Program-made: the position numbers and the translations under genes
In this document: piece by piece, positions 12,195-24,510 of the stretch
Layout of the letters: each line of letters starts with the position of its first letter
Numbering within the stretch: position 1 is the stretch's first letter
NCBI GenBank assembly: GCA_036785375.1
Contig: JAWMAR010000513.1
Span: 1 to 64,000, forward strand
From: Leucoraja ocellata
Lineage: Eukaryota
Length of the DNA: 64,000 nt
Reading direction: 5' to 3'
Notes under the pieces: model-generated
What the model was told of the DNA's origin: nothing
Database searches by the model: none
What the model saw: only the letters and a program-made list of their open reading frames with translations

Positions 12195-13000
12195 TGTCCA
12201 TCGGGTAGCGCCATCGAGTGTGGCAGCCTCACCAGCAACTGTTCGTCCATTCACCCTTTTCTGTTATTTTTAGTATGTCAAGAAGTATGTTTTAAAGGTA
12301 TCGTCTTTATGTGGGGGGAATAGGGGGAAACAGTTTCCCAGTCACTACCTGGACGGAGATGCGTCTTTTCTCCGAGTCGCATCTTCGCCCCCCCCCCCTC
12401 GCGGCCTACCAACTGGATTGGTGCGGCCTTTCCTGCCGGAGACCGGCCAGAACTTTAGCAGCGGCGCAGCATTGAATCCCATCGTGGAGCGGGATGATGC
12501 CTTACCGGGGATCGCTTGTGTTGGGGCTCCAGAATGGTGGGCCTGCTGACTTTAACACCGTGGAGCTGTGGTTTACGAAGCTTCTAGCCTCGGGCGGCGC
12601 TGACTTTAACATCGCGGAGCCCAGTGGTGGATCTCCGCCCTGCTAGGCCTGTGGATGTGGAACCCGCGGTCTCCGGTAGGAAGTGGCCAATTCGGAAACT
12701 CCAAGCCGCTAAGTGTTCTTCCATTCCGATGCCAGAGCGAGAGGGCCTGAACATCTGGCCGCCCGTAGCGGCGACTGGGGAAGGCTCAAAGGCCCCGACC
12801 ACGGGTGAACAAAAAGGAAGATGGCTGAACTTTATTGCCTTCCCTCAAAGTGGGAAACGTTGATTCCGCTGTGTCGGGGTGTTCATGTTAAATTTATCGT
12901 ATATCGTGTTATTTTTATTTGTATGGCTGTCGGGTAACTCAAATCTCACTGTACCAATTGGTGCGGGTGACAATAAATGTAACTTAAACTTGAACTTGAA
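12195..13000 (+). mobile_element. GC-rich non-autonomous retroelement with Rex1-type 3' tail
   Basis: GC/CpG-rich body, core ccttccctcaaagtggg..gattccgctgtg, tail aaatctcactgtaccaattggtgcgggtgacaataaa plus (CTTGAA)n; related to 19436-20061, 41820-42007, 49490-49668 and 51090-51932. Confidence 0.6.
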
Positions 13001-13139
13001 CAATGTCTGCCTGAGGGCTTAAACAGAAATTAAATGTCTGTCGAAACCCATTGTTCATATTTACTCCTGTCAGCCTGGTAAGTTGGATAATCATAGGTGG
13101 AAACCTTTTCATTACTGATATACTGAGCTTTGTTTATGC

Positions 13140-13440
13140 TCAGTTTAATGATATAGTGCGGAGACAGGCCCTTTGGCCCACTGAGTCCATGCTAACCGGC
13201 GATCACTCACACACGAGTTCCATGTTATCCCACTTTCGCATCCTACACACTAGGGGCAATTTTACAGAACCCAATTAGCATACAAACCGGCATGTCTTTT
13301 AGATGTGGGTGTCAACTGGAGCACTCGGACAAAATCCACGCGGTCACAGGGAAAATGAACAAACTCCGCACAGACAGCACCTGAGGGCATCATTGAACCC
13401 GGTCTTTGGCGCTGTGAGGCAACAGCTCGACCATTGCTAC
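13140..13440 (-). mobile_element. V-SINE (HE1-like)
   Basis: Same head, V-domain and tail as 8170-8480. Confidence 0.75.
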
Positions 13441-13699
13441 ATGGTACATGATGATTTCTTTGTTGTAAATCGGATGTTAAAATGTATTTAAAATCTCTGT
13501 CATTGAAACAAAATTTAAGGGAAGCCAAATAATGAAACAACAAAGTGATTAAATATAGGAATTCTGGAAAAACACACCTGACCTGATAAAGGACACATTG
13601 GAGAATAGAATTCACGAGGATGTTGCTCAGTGTTTGAGGTTTACAGAGGGATTGTGAAAGCTAAGACATTAATCTTTGGATCACAGGAGGATGTGGGGA

Positions 13700-14268
13700 T
13701 CTTCCGTCCACACTTCACGCTTCCTCGGCAAGGCCACTCTCTCTTCTCCCCTTTCCCATCGGACAAAATTTACAGAAGTGTGGAAACGCATACCTCCAGA
13801 TTCAGGGACAGTTTCTTTCCAGCTGTTATCAGTGGACCTAACCTACCATCAACTAGAGAGTGGACCTAAACTACCATCTTACCTCATTGGAGACCTATGG
13901 TCTATCTTTAATCGGACTTTACTCTACTTTATTTTTCATTCAACGTTATTCCCTTTATCCCATATCTGTGCACTGTGGACAGCTTGAGTGTAATCATGTA
14001 TAGTCTATGAAGTGGGAAGGGAAAGATATAATAGGAACCTTAGGGGCAACTTTTTCACACTGAGGAGTGTGGGTATTGGATAAGCTGCCAGAGGAGATAG
14101 TTCAGGAAGATAATATAACCCCATTTAAAGACATTTGAACAGGTACGTGGATTGGAAAAGTTAAGAGAGATCTGGGCCAAACACAAGCAGGTGGGACTAA
14201 TGTAGATGGGGCACCTTGGTCAGCATGGGCAAGTTGGGCCAAAGGGCCTGTTTCCATGCGTACGACTA
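13700..14268 (+). mobile_element. Rex1/Babar 3' fragment (13700-14005) followed by a CR1 3' fragment (14010-14268)
   Basis: GHSLFSPFPSDKIYRSVETHTSRFRDSFFPAVI (Rex1 C-term), then ggggcaactttttcacac...aagggcctgtttccatgc (CR1 tail). Confidence 0.75.
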
Positions 14269-16724
14269 AGACCTCCATCCTCCCACCCTTGCCCTTTCTT
14301 CGTTCTCATCCTACCTCGCATTATCTTTTCCTGGATGAGGTCACATACTGCTTTAGCTCCGCCATTTTCTAGTTCGGTGAAAGGTGGGACGGTCCCGAAT
14401 TCTTTTCTCTTTATTTCAGTTTTCTTGTACCTGCAGTGTTTTGTATCCCACAGCTTTGATTTTCTCTCTGTCTATCTGGCTCTGTCTCTCTCTTTCTCTC
14501 TCTCTCTCTTTCATTTCCTCGCTCAGTCATTCATCTTCTATTTATTTCTCCTCCAGATAGATCAGCTGCAATTAACCAGACTTCACCTCTCTCTCTTGTA
14601 CAGCATCACCAACCATCCTTTCCAAGCATTCTCTTTATGCTCTCCACCGCTTCCATTGGCAACTTAAAGCATGTTTGATTTCTGTTTCCCACTTCTGATT
14701 AATTCTAATAAACTGAAATGTCAATTCTGTTTCTCAGAAGGTGAACCTGCTGATTTTTTCCAGCATTTTCTGTGTCAATTTCAGAATTTCAGCATCTGTG
14801 TTTTTTTGTGCTCTGCACTTACCATGCGATCATTGTACGGTGGAACAGGTCTCAGGGGCTCAGTCATCTCGTCCTGTGCCTATGATTTATATTATTCCTT
14901 CACAGAGTTTGAGTGTCACTGATAACGCTAGGATCACCCTTATCCTCTATCCTGACTGATCATGACCTGTGTCTTTCTCAGCCTTTTCAGAAGGCAAATA
15001 GAACATGGAACGTAGAACATAGAACAGTACAGCACAGGAACAGGCCCTTTGGCCCACAGTGTTTGTGACACACATGATGCCCATTAAACTGATCTCATCT
15101 CCCTGTATCAGATCCATATGACTCTATTCCTTGCACTTCAATTTGCTATCCAAAAGCATTTTAATACTATTGTATCTGCCTCCATCATCACCCCTGGCAA
15201 TGCGTTCCAGGCCCCCACTGCTCACTGTGTAAAAACAACTTGTCCTCCAGATGCTGAACGGCGTGGAGTTGGTGAGACAAAGGGCCTGTTTCAATGCTGC
15301 ATCTAAAACTAAATTAAACTAAACTAAACAAAACTAGACTAAACTAAACATGGAAGAGCATAATGATATTTTTAAGAATGTTCTATTCTTCAATATTCAT
15401 CAATTGATTCATCAAACATTTTCCTGAAAAGCTGTCACATTGGTTTATCCAGCCAGTAGATATCCTTGGACAATAAATGGTCCATTTAAACTCCCCATTT
15501 TCAGTTCAAATTGTTATAAAGGAAAGCTTTGCTTATTGTTTACAAGTAACATATATTTAAAAAAAAAAATGATTCTTATTCCTAATTGGAAATAATATTG
15601 ATATTTTATCCCTGCTGTTGCTTATTTGAATTGCTCTAATTTATTTCTCTGACTTCACAGGATCTAATCGGTTTAATTCTTCCCACAGAACATGGCTGGT
15701 GTTAATTTTCTCTTGATTTCCAAATTAGACTATTGAAGAGTATAATTGATTGGCATTGGTCATTTCTCCCTCAAAAGGTGGCCTTGCTTGGTTCCACCCC
15801 CGCCCGCGGCCTCCCTCCCTCCCACAGCGCCGTGCTCCCTCCTCACCACCCCTCCCTCCTTCCCTCCCACACACTTCACGTAAAAAAATTAAATCCCACT
15901 TACAGACCAGCTTCTAAAGTCATTCAAGATAATTCTCCAACCTCACATTCCTAACAACAGTTCAGAAACCATAGAGGCTTCAATGCACTTAGTTCTGAAA
16001 TTTGCTCTGAGCAAGAGGACCAAAATTGCAAAGCCATAAAGCTATCCCTTCCACCCCCCCCCCCCCCCGCCCATGGAACCCCCACAACTACCCCCCTCTC
16101 CCCCACCAAACACCCCCTGCCCCCCACACCCCCTACCCGGTTTGCGTTGGGGGAATGGTTGAGTGGTGGAATATTGCGTTGGGGAGCAGACTCAATGGGT
16201 TGAGGCTGTTTAATGTAGTCTACAGAGAAGACATTTTTCATGGCTAAGCAATGATACATACATAGTTTCCCGTCATGTCAATGGGGCAGTTGCCAAACCG
16301 CAGATGATATGGCAATTGGACTATCTGTGCAACAATAGGATAGGAGAGAGGATTTCTTAACAGCTTTCAAAGGCATTGCAGATGACTACAAAGTGAAGCC
16401 AAACACATGATAATAAGGGCTTGTAGATGTGCTGTCAGGGGTAGCTCAGGGAGGAAGGATTTCAAACACCCAAGACTCCAATCTTAATCATGCTATTGAA
16501 GATTGTTTGCTGACAGGGAAATCACAAGACAATTCACATTTGGGGACCTCTTAAAACATGGAATACAACATCTTTATGACCTGAAGAAGGGTCTCGACCT
16601 GAAACGTCACCCATTCCTTCTCTCCAGACTTGCTGCCTGTCCCGCTGAGTTACTCCAGCTTTTTGTGTCTATCTTTGGTGTAAACCAGCATCTGCAGGTC
16701 CTTCCAACACACCTTCATAACTTG

Positions 16725-17099
16725 GCTCAGCACTTCAACTCCCCCTCCCACTCCGTCTCCGACCTCTCTGTCCTGGGTCTCCTCCATGGCCACAGCGAGC
16801 AGCACCGGAAATTGGAGGAACAGCACCTCATATTCCGTTTGGGGAGTCTGCACCCCGGGGGCATGAACATCGAATTCTCCCAATTTTGTTAGTCCTTGTT
16901 GTCTCCTCCCCTTCCTCAGCCCCCCTGCTGTCTCCTCCCATCCCCCAGCCTTCTGGCTACTCCTCCTTTTCCCTTTCTTGTCCCCGCCCACCCCCGCCCC
17001 CGATCAGTCTGAAGAAGGGTTTCGGCCCGAAACGTTGCCTATTTCCTTCGCTCCATAGATGCTGCTGCACCCGCTGAGTTTCTCCAGCTTTTTTGTGTA
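16725..17099 (+). mobile_element. Young Penelope-like 3' insertion with 14-bp flanking direct repeat
   Basis: AQHFNSPSHSVSDLSVLGLLHGHSEQHRKLEEQHLIFRLGSLHPGGMNIEFSQF* (GIY-YIG C-term), hammerhead-like core at 17009-17036, accttcataacttg at both 16711-16724 and 17100-17113. Confidence 0.82.
17009..17036 (+). ncRNA. Minimal type-I hammerhead-ribozyme-like core (PLE-associated)
   Basis: CUGAAGA-A-GGGU-UUCG-GCCC-GAAA-CGUU: conserved CUGAnGA and GAAA boxes, stem II closed by a UUCG loop, palindromic AACGUU stem III; stem I is weak. Confidence 0.6.
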
Positions 17100-19435
17100 A
17101 CCTTCATAACTTGCCCATTTTATTAACACGTGGCATGAGGCAGAAGGCCAGGGGGCTTAGAATCTACATAAAGGAGAGCCAAAGTCATTTTGTTTGGGTG
17201 CAAGAATGAGAAGGTTAGTGAATAATTAGAACAGAAGCAAAGGAAGATGGAAGGCTACTGGGGAAGGTGGCAGGGTTTACATGCAAAGACAGGAAGAATA
17301 TGTCACATGTCTTTTCATTCAGTGGTTCATCTCTGACTTTCAATACGACCACTTGGAACCCCTCTGTAGTAAGATCTACCAATAGATCTATCGGCATATA
17401 GATGTAATCTATCTATTTTAGTAGGAGGGAGAAATCCAGGCAAAGTGAAAGGTGGATACAGGTGAGGGGAGGGTTGGTTGGCAGATGTGTGGGCAAAGAT
17501 CAGAGATGGGGCCTGGTGGACCAGCATCCAGGTGGGTTTGACAGTACTGTGGGTGGACTTCTGTGGAATTTAGTGCGGAGACCCTCCAAGAACAACAAAC
17601 ACGCAGGCACGCAAGCACATCACACGCATACGCACACGCATGCAAACATGTGCTCTATGATGTAAAACAATTATATACACATTTTTCATAACAGGGCAGT
17701 AAATCAAGTCAAAGACCTGGACCTCGCCTTCCCTTATCAGTCAGATGCGGAGGCTCGCTTTGTCTGGTGAGTCTTGTGGACTGCAAGTCTCCCGCATTTC
17801 CTGCCGTCTCCTTGAGTAATGGGAGAAAGAACTTGCCAGGGTTTTAACTTCCAATTGTACGCAAGTCTGGCAAAGAAGGATTAAAACGAGCTGTAATCAC
17901 TTTCCCACGGCCTGGCTATACTCTAATACTCCCTGCAATGATGAATGATCAATTGGGTGAGGCACAAAGGACAAATATTGCGTGTGGCATCATCCCAGCA
18001 TTTATCAGGTTGCTGCTGTTCCCCATTGACCTATGACTGGAAAATGAGGTGTTAGTCAGGAGTCAGCACCCAGATGAGGGACATAGACAAGATAAAAAAA
18101 TACTGATAAATACAAATTGTAACATTAATAAGTTTAGAATGGTAAAATCATATTCTTGCTGATTCTGGAAACCTATTGATCTGATTCCATTTTGATTGCA
18201 TCAATGGACAAACTGTTGCAATTACAAGAAAACTAGAATCGTACTGCACATGTTTGCAAAATAAATCATGTGCTCCATCATGGGTTTGATGTGCTCAGAA
18301 TTATGCCAATAGAAGCTTGTAGTTAAATGCAATACAAGTCGTGAAATCTAGTCTGAACCTCGCAAACCAGGAAACAACACAAAAGATGTCTAGGAAGAGC
18401 CACAACGTGGTCATTGCCTTTCAGTTAGGAACAATCCTGTTTTAACCTTAATTATTTTTGTTCTCTTTTATTTTCTATACTCTGTTCAACAGTATGGTCA
18501 TTTGCCTTAAAACATAATTTTACTCTGCATATGCACAGATGAAGTCACAAATAAAAAAGTCAAGATAATTAAAAATGATCATAACATTAAAATATAAATA
18601 ATTAAAGCAATCTTCTATTTTGTTTAATAGCAATTTCTACCTGGGAGAATAATGCTATGCTGTACTTTCTATTTAGGTATTTGATTCAATGGCTTCTGTG
18701 GTGTGTTTATAGTCACATGTACAGAGATACAGTGAAATGCTTGTTCTGCATGCTATCATCAAATCACAGCATACGTGAGTACAATATCGTCTTCTGAAAC
18801 AGCACGCAGAGTTGCCACCTTCTGCCGCCATTTTGCAACTTCTTCATCTCTGCAACGTCTGATCGAGGCCTGAGACTTGAAATTCTTATATTTCTCACCT
18901 TCGGGCCTGCTGTCTTGGCGACACTAAAACAATGAAGTAGGGGTCGGCCTGGCCCAGCATTGGATTCTTGCGCCGTTGCTCCATGCAGCTACCTGAATGA
19001 TCAAAAAGCAAATGTAGTTGGAAATGTTTATTGACTTCACCTATGCGTAGTAATAAAATATCCTCCCAGAATTTGATGGGACTTGTCAATGAACTACAAC
19101 CGCTTAGCTGGACATGTTCTTGTCCATTGTATCTCAATGATATGTTGTGCTGCAGGAAGTGTGAGGTAGATATAGCGCACCACCATGGGACTAAGTCGCA
19201 GTGCACAGAACCAGTAACTATGTGTCTTGTGAACTGGTCACATTGAAGTAGGAGGAGGTTTTACGCACACAGCTGAGAGGGAAGTCTAAATCATTATAAG
19301 TGTGCCAATGGAATTGAAGAGAGGCCAAAGAGAAATGTTGAACGAAGAGTGAGAGAGAAAGAAAATGCAGAAATATATTTAAATTTTTAAGGAAATCAGC
19401 AACTAAAAGGAATATGACTCAAAACTGGAAAATCA

Positions 19436-20061
19436 AATGTCCTTTCACCTTGACAACAGTTTGTCTTGTCCTTTTCCTTCTTTGTTGGTTTTTAGTATGT
19501 GTTGCATGTATGTTTTAGTGTTCTTTAGATTGTTTTATGTGGGGGGGTGGGGGGCGGCGTTGGGGGAATTTTTTAAAATCTCTTACCTCGACGGAGATGT
19601 CGACTTTTTCCGTATCCTATCTCCGTCCGCACTGCGGCCTAACATCGAGGAGCAGGTGGCCTCTTGGTGGGGACTGACTTCGGGGAGCTCCAACTGTGGG
19701 AGCCTGCGGACTATAACATTGTGGAGCTCGCGGTCCCTGGTTAGGGACCGACTTCGGGAGCTCCAAGCCGCAGGAGCTTCGACCGCACCGATCACGGGAG
19801 CTTCGATTGCCGGCTGCTGGAGCTTTGATCGCCCTGACTGCAGATGGTTCGACTCCCTCGACCGCGGGAGAATAAAGAGGGAAGAAGATTAGACTTTATT
19901 ACCTTCCATCACAGTGAGGAATGTGGAATCCGCTGTGGTGGATGTTTATGTTAACTTTTATGTAGTTGTGCGGTTTGTTGCATTTTTTAATATGGCTGTA
20001 CGGTAAATCGAGTTTCACTGTACCTTAATTGACAATAAACAGACCTTGAAACCTTGAAACC
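19436..20061 (+). mobile_element. GC-rich non-autonomous retroelement with Rex1-type tail
   Basis: Body related to 12195-13000; ccttccatcacagtgaggaatgtgg core; tail tttcactgtaccttaattgacaataaa plus (CCTTGAAA)n. Confidence 0.6.
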
Positions 20062-21110
20062 TCTTCCCTTTCCACCAGAAAGGACCCAAATAATCTTTCA
20101 AGATAAAGCAGTGCACTTCTTCCAATCCAGTTTACTGCACTTGGTGTTTACAATGTGGTTTCCTCTATGGCAGAGAAACCAAACAATGATTGCGGTATTG
20201 TTCTAACAATGATTAGAACTTAGAACAATGCAGCACAGGAACAGGCCCTTCGGCATACATTATTTGTGCTGAACATGATGCCAAGTGAAACTAATCTCCT
20301 CTGCACATGATCCATAACCCTCCATTCCCCTGTGTATCCATGTACCTGTCCAAAAGCTTTTTAAATGCTGCCGAGGTGATATTTTTATGAAGCACCTGTG
20401 CTCAGTCGATTAGAATGACCCTGAGCTTTCAGTTTCCTGCCATTTCCGTTCTCCATACCACTTCCTTCCTGATGTTTGTGTGTGTGACCTCCTGCACTGT
20501 TAGATCAAGGCCACATACAAACCTGGGAGCAATGTTTGTGTGAGAATTGGCCTCTGTAAATTGCCCCTAGTGTATAGGGACTGGATGAGAAAGTGAGATA
20601 ACATATAACATGTGAATGGGTGATCGATGGTCGGCTTGGACAGGGTGCAGCAAAGGGCCTGCTTCCTTGCTGTATCTTTCATCAATCAGTTATTTACAGA
20701 TGACATGACATTTCAGTCACTTACCTCGATGCGATTTTTCTCCGTGTTGCATCTCCATCCCCGTCCCCCCCCTCTCCATCTCCCCCACTCACATCGTGGA
20801 GTGGTGCGGCCATTCGTGAAGACCGGCCGCTGGTGCGGCGTGGACTTACCATCGTGGAGCGTGTGAGCCGTTGCCGAGGGTCGCCAGCGGAGCTCCGACT
20901 GTGGGGCCTGTGGTCTTTAACACCGTGAAGCCGCGGCCTCTGGTAAGAAGAAGCCGACTCTGGAGCTCCATGCCGTGGAGTGTTCTGATCCATCCCGACG
21001 TTTCGATGATCCCGACGAGAGGGCTTGAACATCGGACAATAATCATGTATAGTCTTTAAGCTGACTAGATAGCACGCAACAAAAAACATTTCCACTGTAC
21101 CTCAGTACAC

Positions 21111-21270
21111 TTCTTATCGAGTCCACACACAAGATTAGAAGTTGTTCAGCCAGCTTCTCGGCATCTGCACAATGCATATGTCTGTCTCTCGCTTCTTGTG
21201 CTTCTTGTGCGTGGTGGTGGAAAGATTGGTGAAAACAGGGCCACGACGTGAACGATCTTTCCTTGACCCC
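21111..21270 (-). mobile_element. 160-bp non-autonomous retroelement with 5' HDV-like ribozyme fold and 10-bp TSD
   Basis: Flanked by ctcagtacac at 21101-21110 and 21271-21280; on the minus strand it begins GGGGTCAAGGAAAGA.. and ends ..GATAAGAA; inserted into the tail of a Rex1-type element. Confidence 0.8.
21219..21270 (-). ncRNA. Minimal HDV/CPEB3-like self-cleaving ribozyme candidate (52 nt)
   Basis: GGGGUCA A GGAAAGA U CG UUCACGU CG UGGCCCU GU UUUCA CCAA UCUUUCC. P1 starts with a G1-U wobble, P2 GGAAAGA/UCUUUCC is perfect, L3 is UUCACGU, J4/2 is CCAA, P4 is nearly absent. Confidence 0.65.
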
Positions 21271-21287
21271 CTCAGTACACTGAACAA

Positions 21288-21392
21288 TAATAAACGAAAC
21301 TAAACTAAATTAACTAAACTAAATTAAACTAAATTAAACTAAACTAAACTAAACTAAACTAAACTCAAACAAACCAAATCAAACCAAGCTAA
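21288..21392 (+). repeat. (TAAAC)n pentanucleotide tail array
   Basis: Imperfect taaac/taaat repeats following a Rex1-type 3' end. Confidence 0.85.
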
Positions 21393-21590
21393 AGATAGAC
21401 ACAAAATGCTGGAGTAACTCTGGGATCAGACAGCATCTCTGGAAAAAAAAAATAGGTGTCGTTTCGGACTCTTCGGAGTTCTTCAGACTCCTTTGTGTTC
21501 CTTTTCTCCAGAAATGCTGCCTGACCCATTGAGTTACCCCAGCATTTTGTGTCTACCTTCGGTGTAAACCTCCATCTGCACTTCCTTCCT
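21391..21590. repeat. Fold-back Penelope terminal module pair
   Basis: agacacaaaatgctggagtaactc..cagcatctctgga and its reverse complement tccagaaatgctg..gagttaccccagcattttgtgtct. Confidence 0.7.
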
Positions 21591-22244
21591 AAACTAAACT
21601 AAACAGGGAGAATGTGCAAACTCCACAAAGACAGCACCCAAGTTCAAGATCGAACCCAGGACACTGGCACAGTGAGCCAGCAACTATACCAGCTGCGCCA
21701 CTGTTCCGCCTAATCTGGTGTGTACTGATGTAATCTTTAGAATGGTTGGCCTCTCACAATTCATTTTTATTAAACTAAACTAAACTATTCTTTGTTGCCC
21801 ATTTGTTTGTTTTGTCTCTTTTTTTTAACATTTAATAATAAATAGAGATTGCACTTTGCGTGGGGGCTAGTGATTTTGGAAGTAATAGTGGAAGGAAATT
21901 GATTGCACAGTAAACTTCCCGAGTTAGAAGCTGACCGCGAATTCACGACAAATTGGTGAGCAATCCAAGTATTTCACAATTTGGGTTTCTCCTAAAACGC
22001 TATTATTGGGACATGAATGAGTTGATGTGCATCAATTAGTGTTTCAGCCTGAACAAAGCTAATTGCACAAAGCTCCGTTGAGAAATAGAAGGAACTGCTT
22101 AAGATCATAAGAAGATATCGGATAGAAATCTGGTGCAACAGTGAAAATAAAAGTTCTGGAGGCGGAGACACAGGTAAGAAAGGAAAAGGGGATCTTTGAA
22201 TAGCTCGTAAGCATGTAAGCATGTAAATGTATTTTAAAAAACAC

Positions 22245-22820
22245 ACAGAGAGTGGTGAATCTCTGGGATTCTCTGCCACATAAGGTAGTTGAGGCCAGTT
22301 CATTGGCTATATTTAAGAGGGAGTTAGACGTGGCCCTTGTGGCTAAAGGTATCAGGGGATATGGAGAGAAGGCAGGTACAGGATACTGAGTTTGATGGTC
22401 AGCCATGATCATATTGCTTTGAAGGGCCGAATGGCCTACTCCTCCACCGATTTTCTATGTTTCTATGTTTCTATACTAGACAGGGCACATCCAATGCATA
22501 CCACATTAAATTGGAGCGCAGGTGACTGAGAGGGTAATCTTATAGAGGTGTATAAAATCATGAGGGGAATAGATAGGCTGAATGCACAGAGTCTCTTTCC
22601 CAAGATGGGGGAATCAAAACTAGAGGGCATAAGTTTAAAATGAGATGAAAAGATTTAATAGGTATCTGAAAGGCAACTTTTTCACACAACGAGGGTGGTG
22701 GTAAACGAAATGATCTGGCAGAGGAGGTAGTTGAGGTAGGTACAATAACAACGTACTTCTTAGAAGAGCATTTTGGTTAGCATGGATGAGTTGGGCTGAA
22801 GAGCATCATTATGCTGTATG
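22245..22820 (+). mobile_element. Two CR1 3' fragments
   Basis: gagagtggtgaatctctggg..gaagggccgaatggcctactcct plus (TTTCTATG)n, then RLRGNLIEVYKIMRGIDRLNA-type segment. Confidence 0.75.
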
Positions 22821-22899
22821 ATTGCATTTAGAGTTATCCACCATTGTTCAGATCTGCAACTCTAGAGCTAATATTGACATGGTACTTTTCTAATTCAAG

Positions 22900-22970
22900 G
22901 GTATGGAAGAATACGTGAAGATGAAGATAGTGATGATGATGGCTCAGGTGATGAAATTGATGAATCATTG
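22900..22970 (+). pseudogene. TRIP12: Isolated TRIP12-like exon (orphan or duplicated exon, or part of a paralog)
   Basis: Acceptor tacttttctaattcaag, donor gtaaat at 22971. Phase-1 translation (G)[23 protein letters not shown] versus recalled human TRIP12 [25 protein letters not shown]. Flanking TRIP12 exons were not found by eye. Confidence 0.75.
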
Positions 22971-23944
22971 GTAAATGTTCCTGTTAGCTGGAATTTGCAG
23001 AAATGTTTATCGTAGTTATCAACATGTAACTAATAAATCTAATAATGTTAGTTAACTTTATCAAATGTTTACTCACTTTGAAAATTGGATTGTTTGATGC
23101 TTTAGGAAACGTGAATTATTACTATCTACAACTATGCACATTTGAAATATCTGTGATCACATTCTAAAATTGCATGTTATCATCATATTCTTCCGATGCA
23201 AAAGGGGAGAAATAATCAAGTCGCGAGTTGTGTTTTATTGTCACATGTCCCAGACCGAGCAATGAAATTATAACTTGCAGCACAATAGAATATGTAAACA
23301 TAGTACTCTGGAAGCAACATAATAAACGAGAGAAAAAATATATACACACACACACGCTTTCACTTTCCTCTGTTCCAGGTAAAAACCAAACCTATTTATT
23401 GAGATCATGGCGATACTCTATGCCAAGCATCTATCTGGAATTTACAATGCCCTTGACTAATGAATAGTTCTGGATTAATTGAACAAGCGTCTGCCAACTA
23501 GGGGAAGTTTTGCCCTTCTGTCACTCATTAATAAAGTGTTTCCTTGCCTCTCTCACTGGGCCTAGTCATGTCCCCTTGTCCTGGATACACCCAACGAGGA
23601 GTAAATTTTAAATAAAATAGTCATAGCATCTTCTACCGCTGGTATAAGCTCTTCAGCCCACCATGACAATTGGATCCCGTTTGATACTACTCTTAACGTA
23701 ATCTTATGCCCTCTGGTTGTAGACACCCATGTCAAGGGGGAAATGTTACCACTATTTACTCCATCCTTCCTCTAATATTGTTTATTTGAGTGAGATTTCC
23801 CAACTTCCTCCATACAAAAGAAATCAAACCCAGCCTTTCCAGTTTCTTAGCTGAAAGTCTCCATCCCCGGCAACATACAGTATGAGTGAATCTCCTCTGC
23901 ACTTACCATATATATAGTATGGCCTAACTAATACTTTATAATAC

Positions 23945-24510
23945 GTAGACGCAAAATGCTGGAGTAACTGAGCGGCCCAGGCAGCATCTCTGGAGAGAAG
24001 GAATGGGTGACGTTTCGGGTCGAAACCCTTTTTCAGACTGAGAGTCAGGGGAGAGGGAAACTAGAGGTATGAAAAAGTTCAGAACAAATCAGGCCTGGCA
24101 CTGATGACCAAGGAAATGTGGAGCCCACAATGGTCCATTGTTGGCTGTGGAAGAGGTGGTAGCGAAGGGATATGGGTGCGAACAGTGAAACAGGCAGGAC
24201 GATTAGGGTGGGGGAGAGGCGGAGAGAGGGAATGCAGGGTTTACTTGAAATGAACTGGGTGGGAAGCTGCCCAAGTGAAATATGAGGTGGTGTTCCTCCA
24301 ATTTGTGTGTGGCCTCACTCTGACAGTGGAGGAGGCCCAAATAGAAAGGTCAGTGTGGGAATGGGTAAAAGAGAGAAATCAATACTTATCAATACTGGGT
24401 TGTAAGTTGCCCAAGTGAAATATGTAGTGTTGCTCCTATAATTTGCATGTGGCCTCGCTCTGACAGTGGAGGAGGCCCAGACAGAAAGGTCAGTGTGGGA
24501 ATGGGTAAAA
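23945..24510 (-). mobile_element. Penelope-like 3' fragment with an internal tandem duplication of about 115 bp
   Basis: Terminal module 23945-24040; the LEEHHLIFHLGSF segment occurs twice (about 24255-24370 and 24395-24510). Confidence 0.7.

Noticed and set aside
14700-14730. NSNKLKCQ resembles TRIP12 NTHQLKCQ
   Set aside because: Too short, with no continuation or splice context.
22914-23003. Read-through translation ..[19 protein letters not shown] resembles transportin-1 (DEIDDDDTISDWNLRKC)
   Set aside because: The TRIP12 match is longer and bounded exactly by splice sites; the WNLQKC part lies in intron sequence and ends in a stop.
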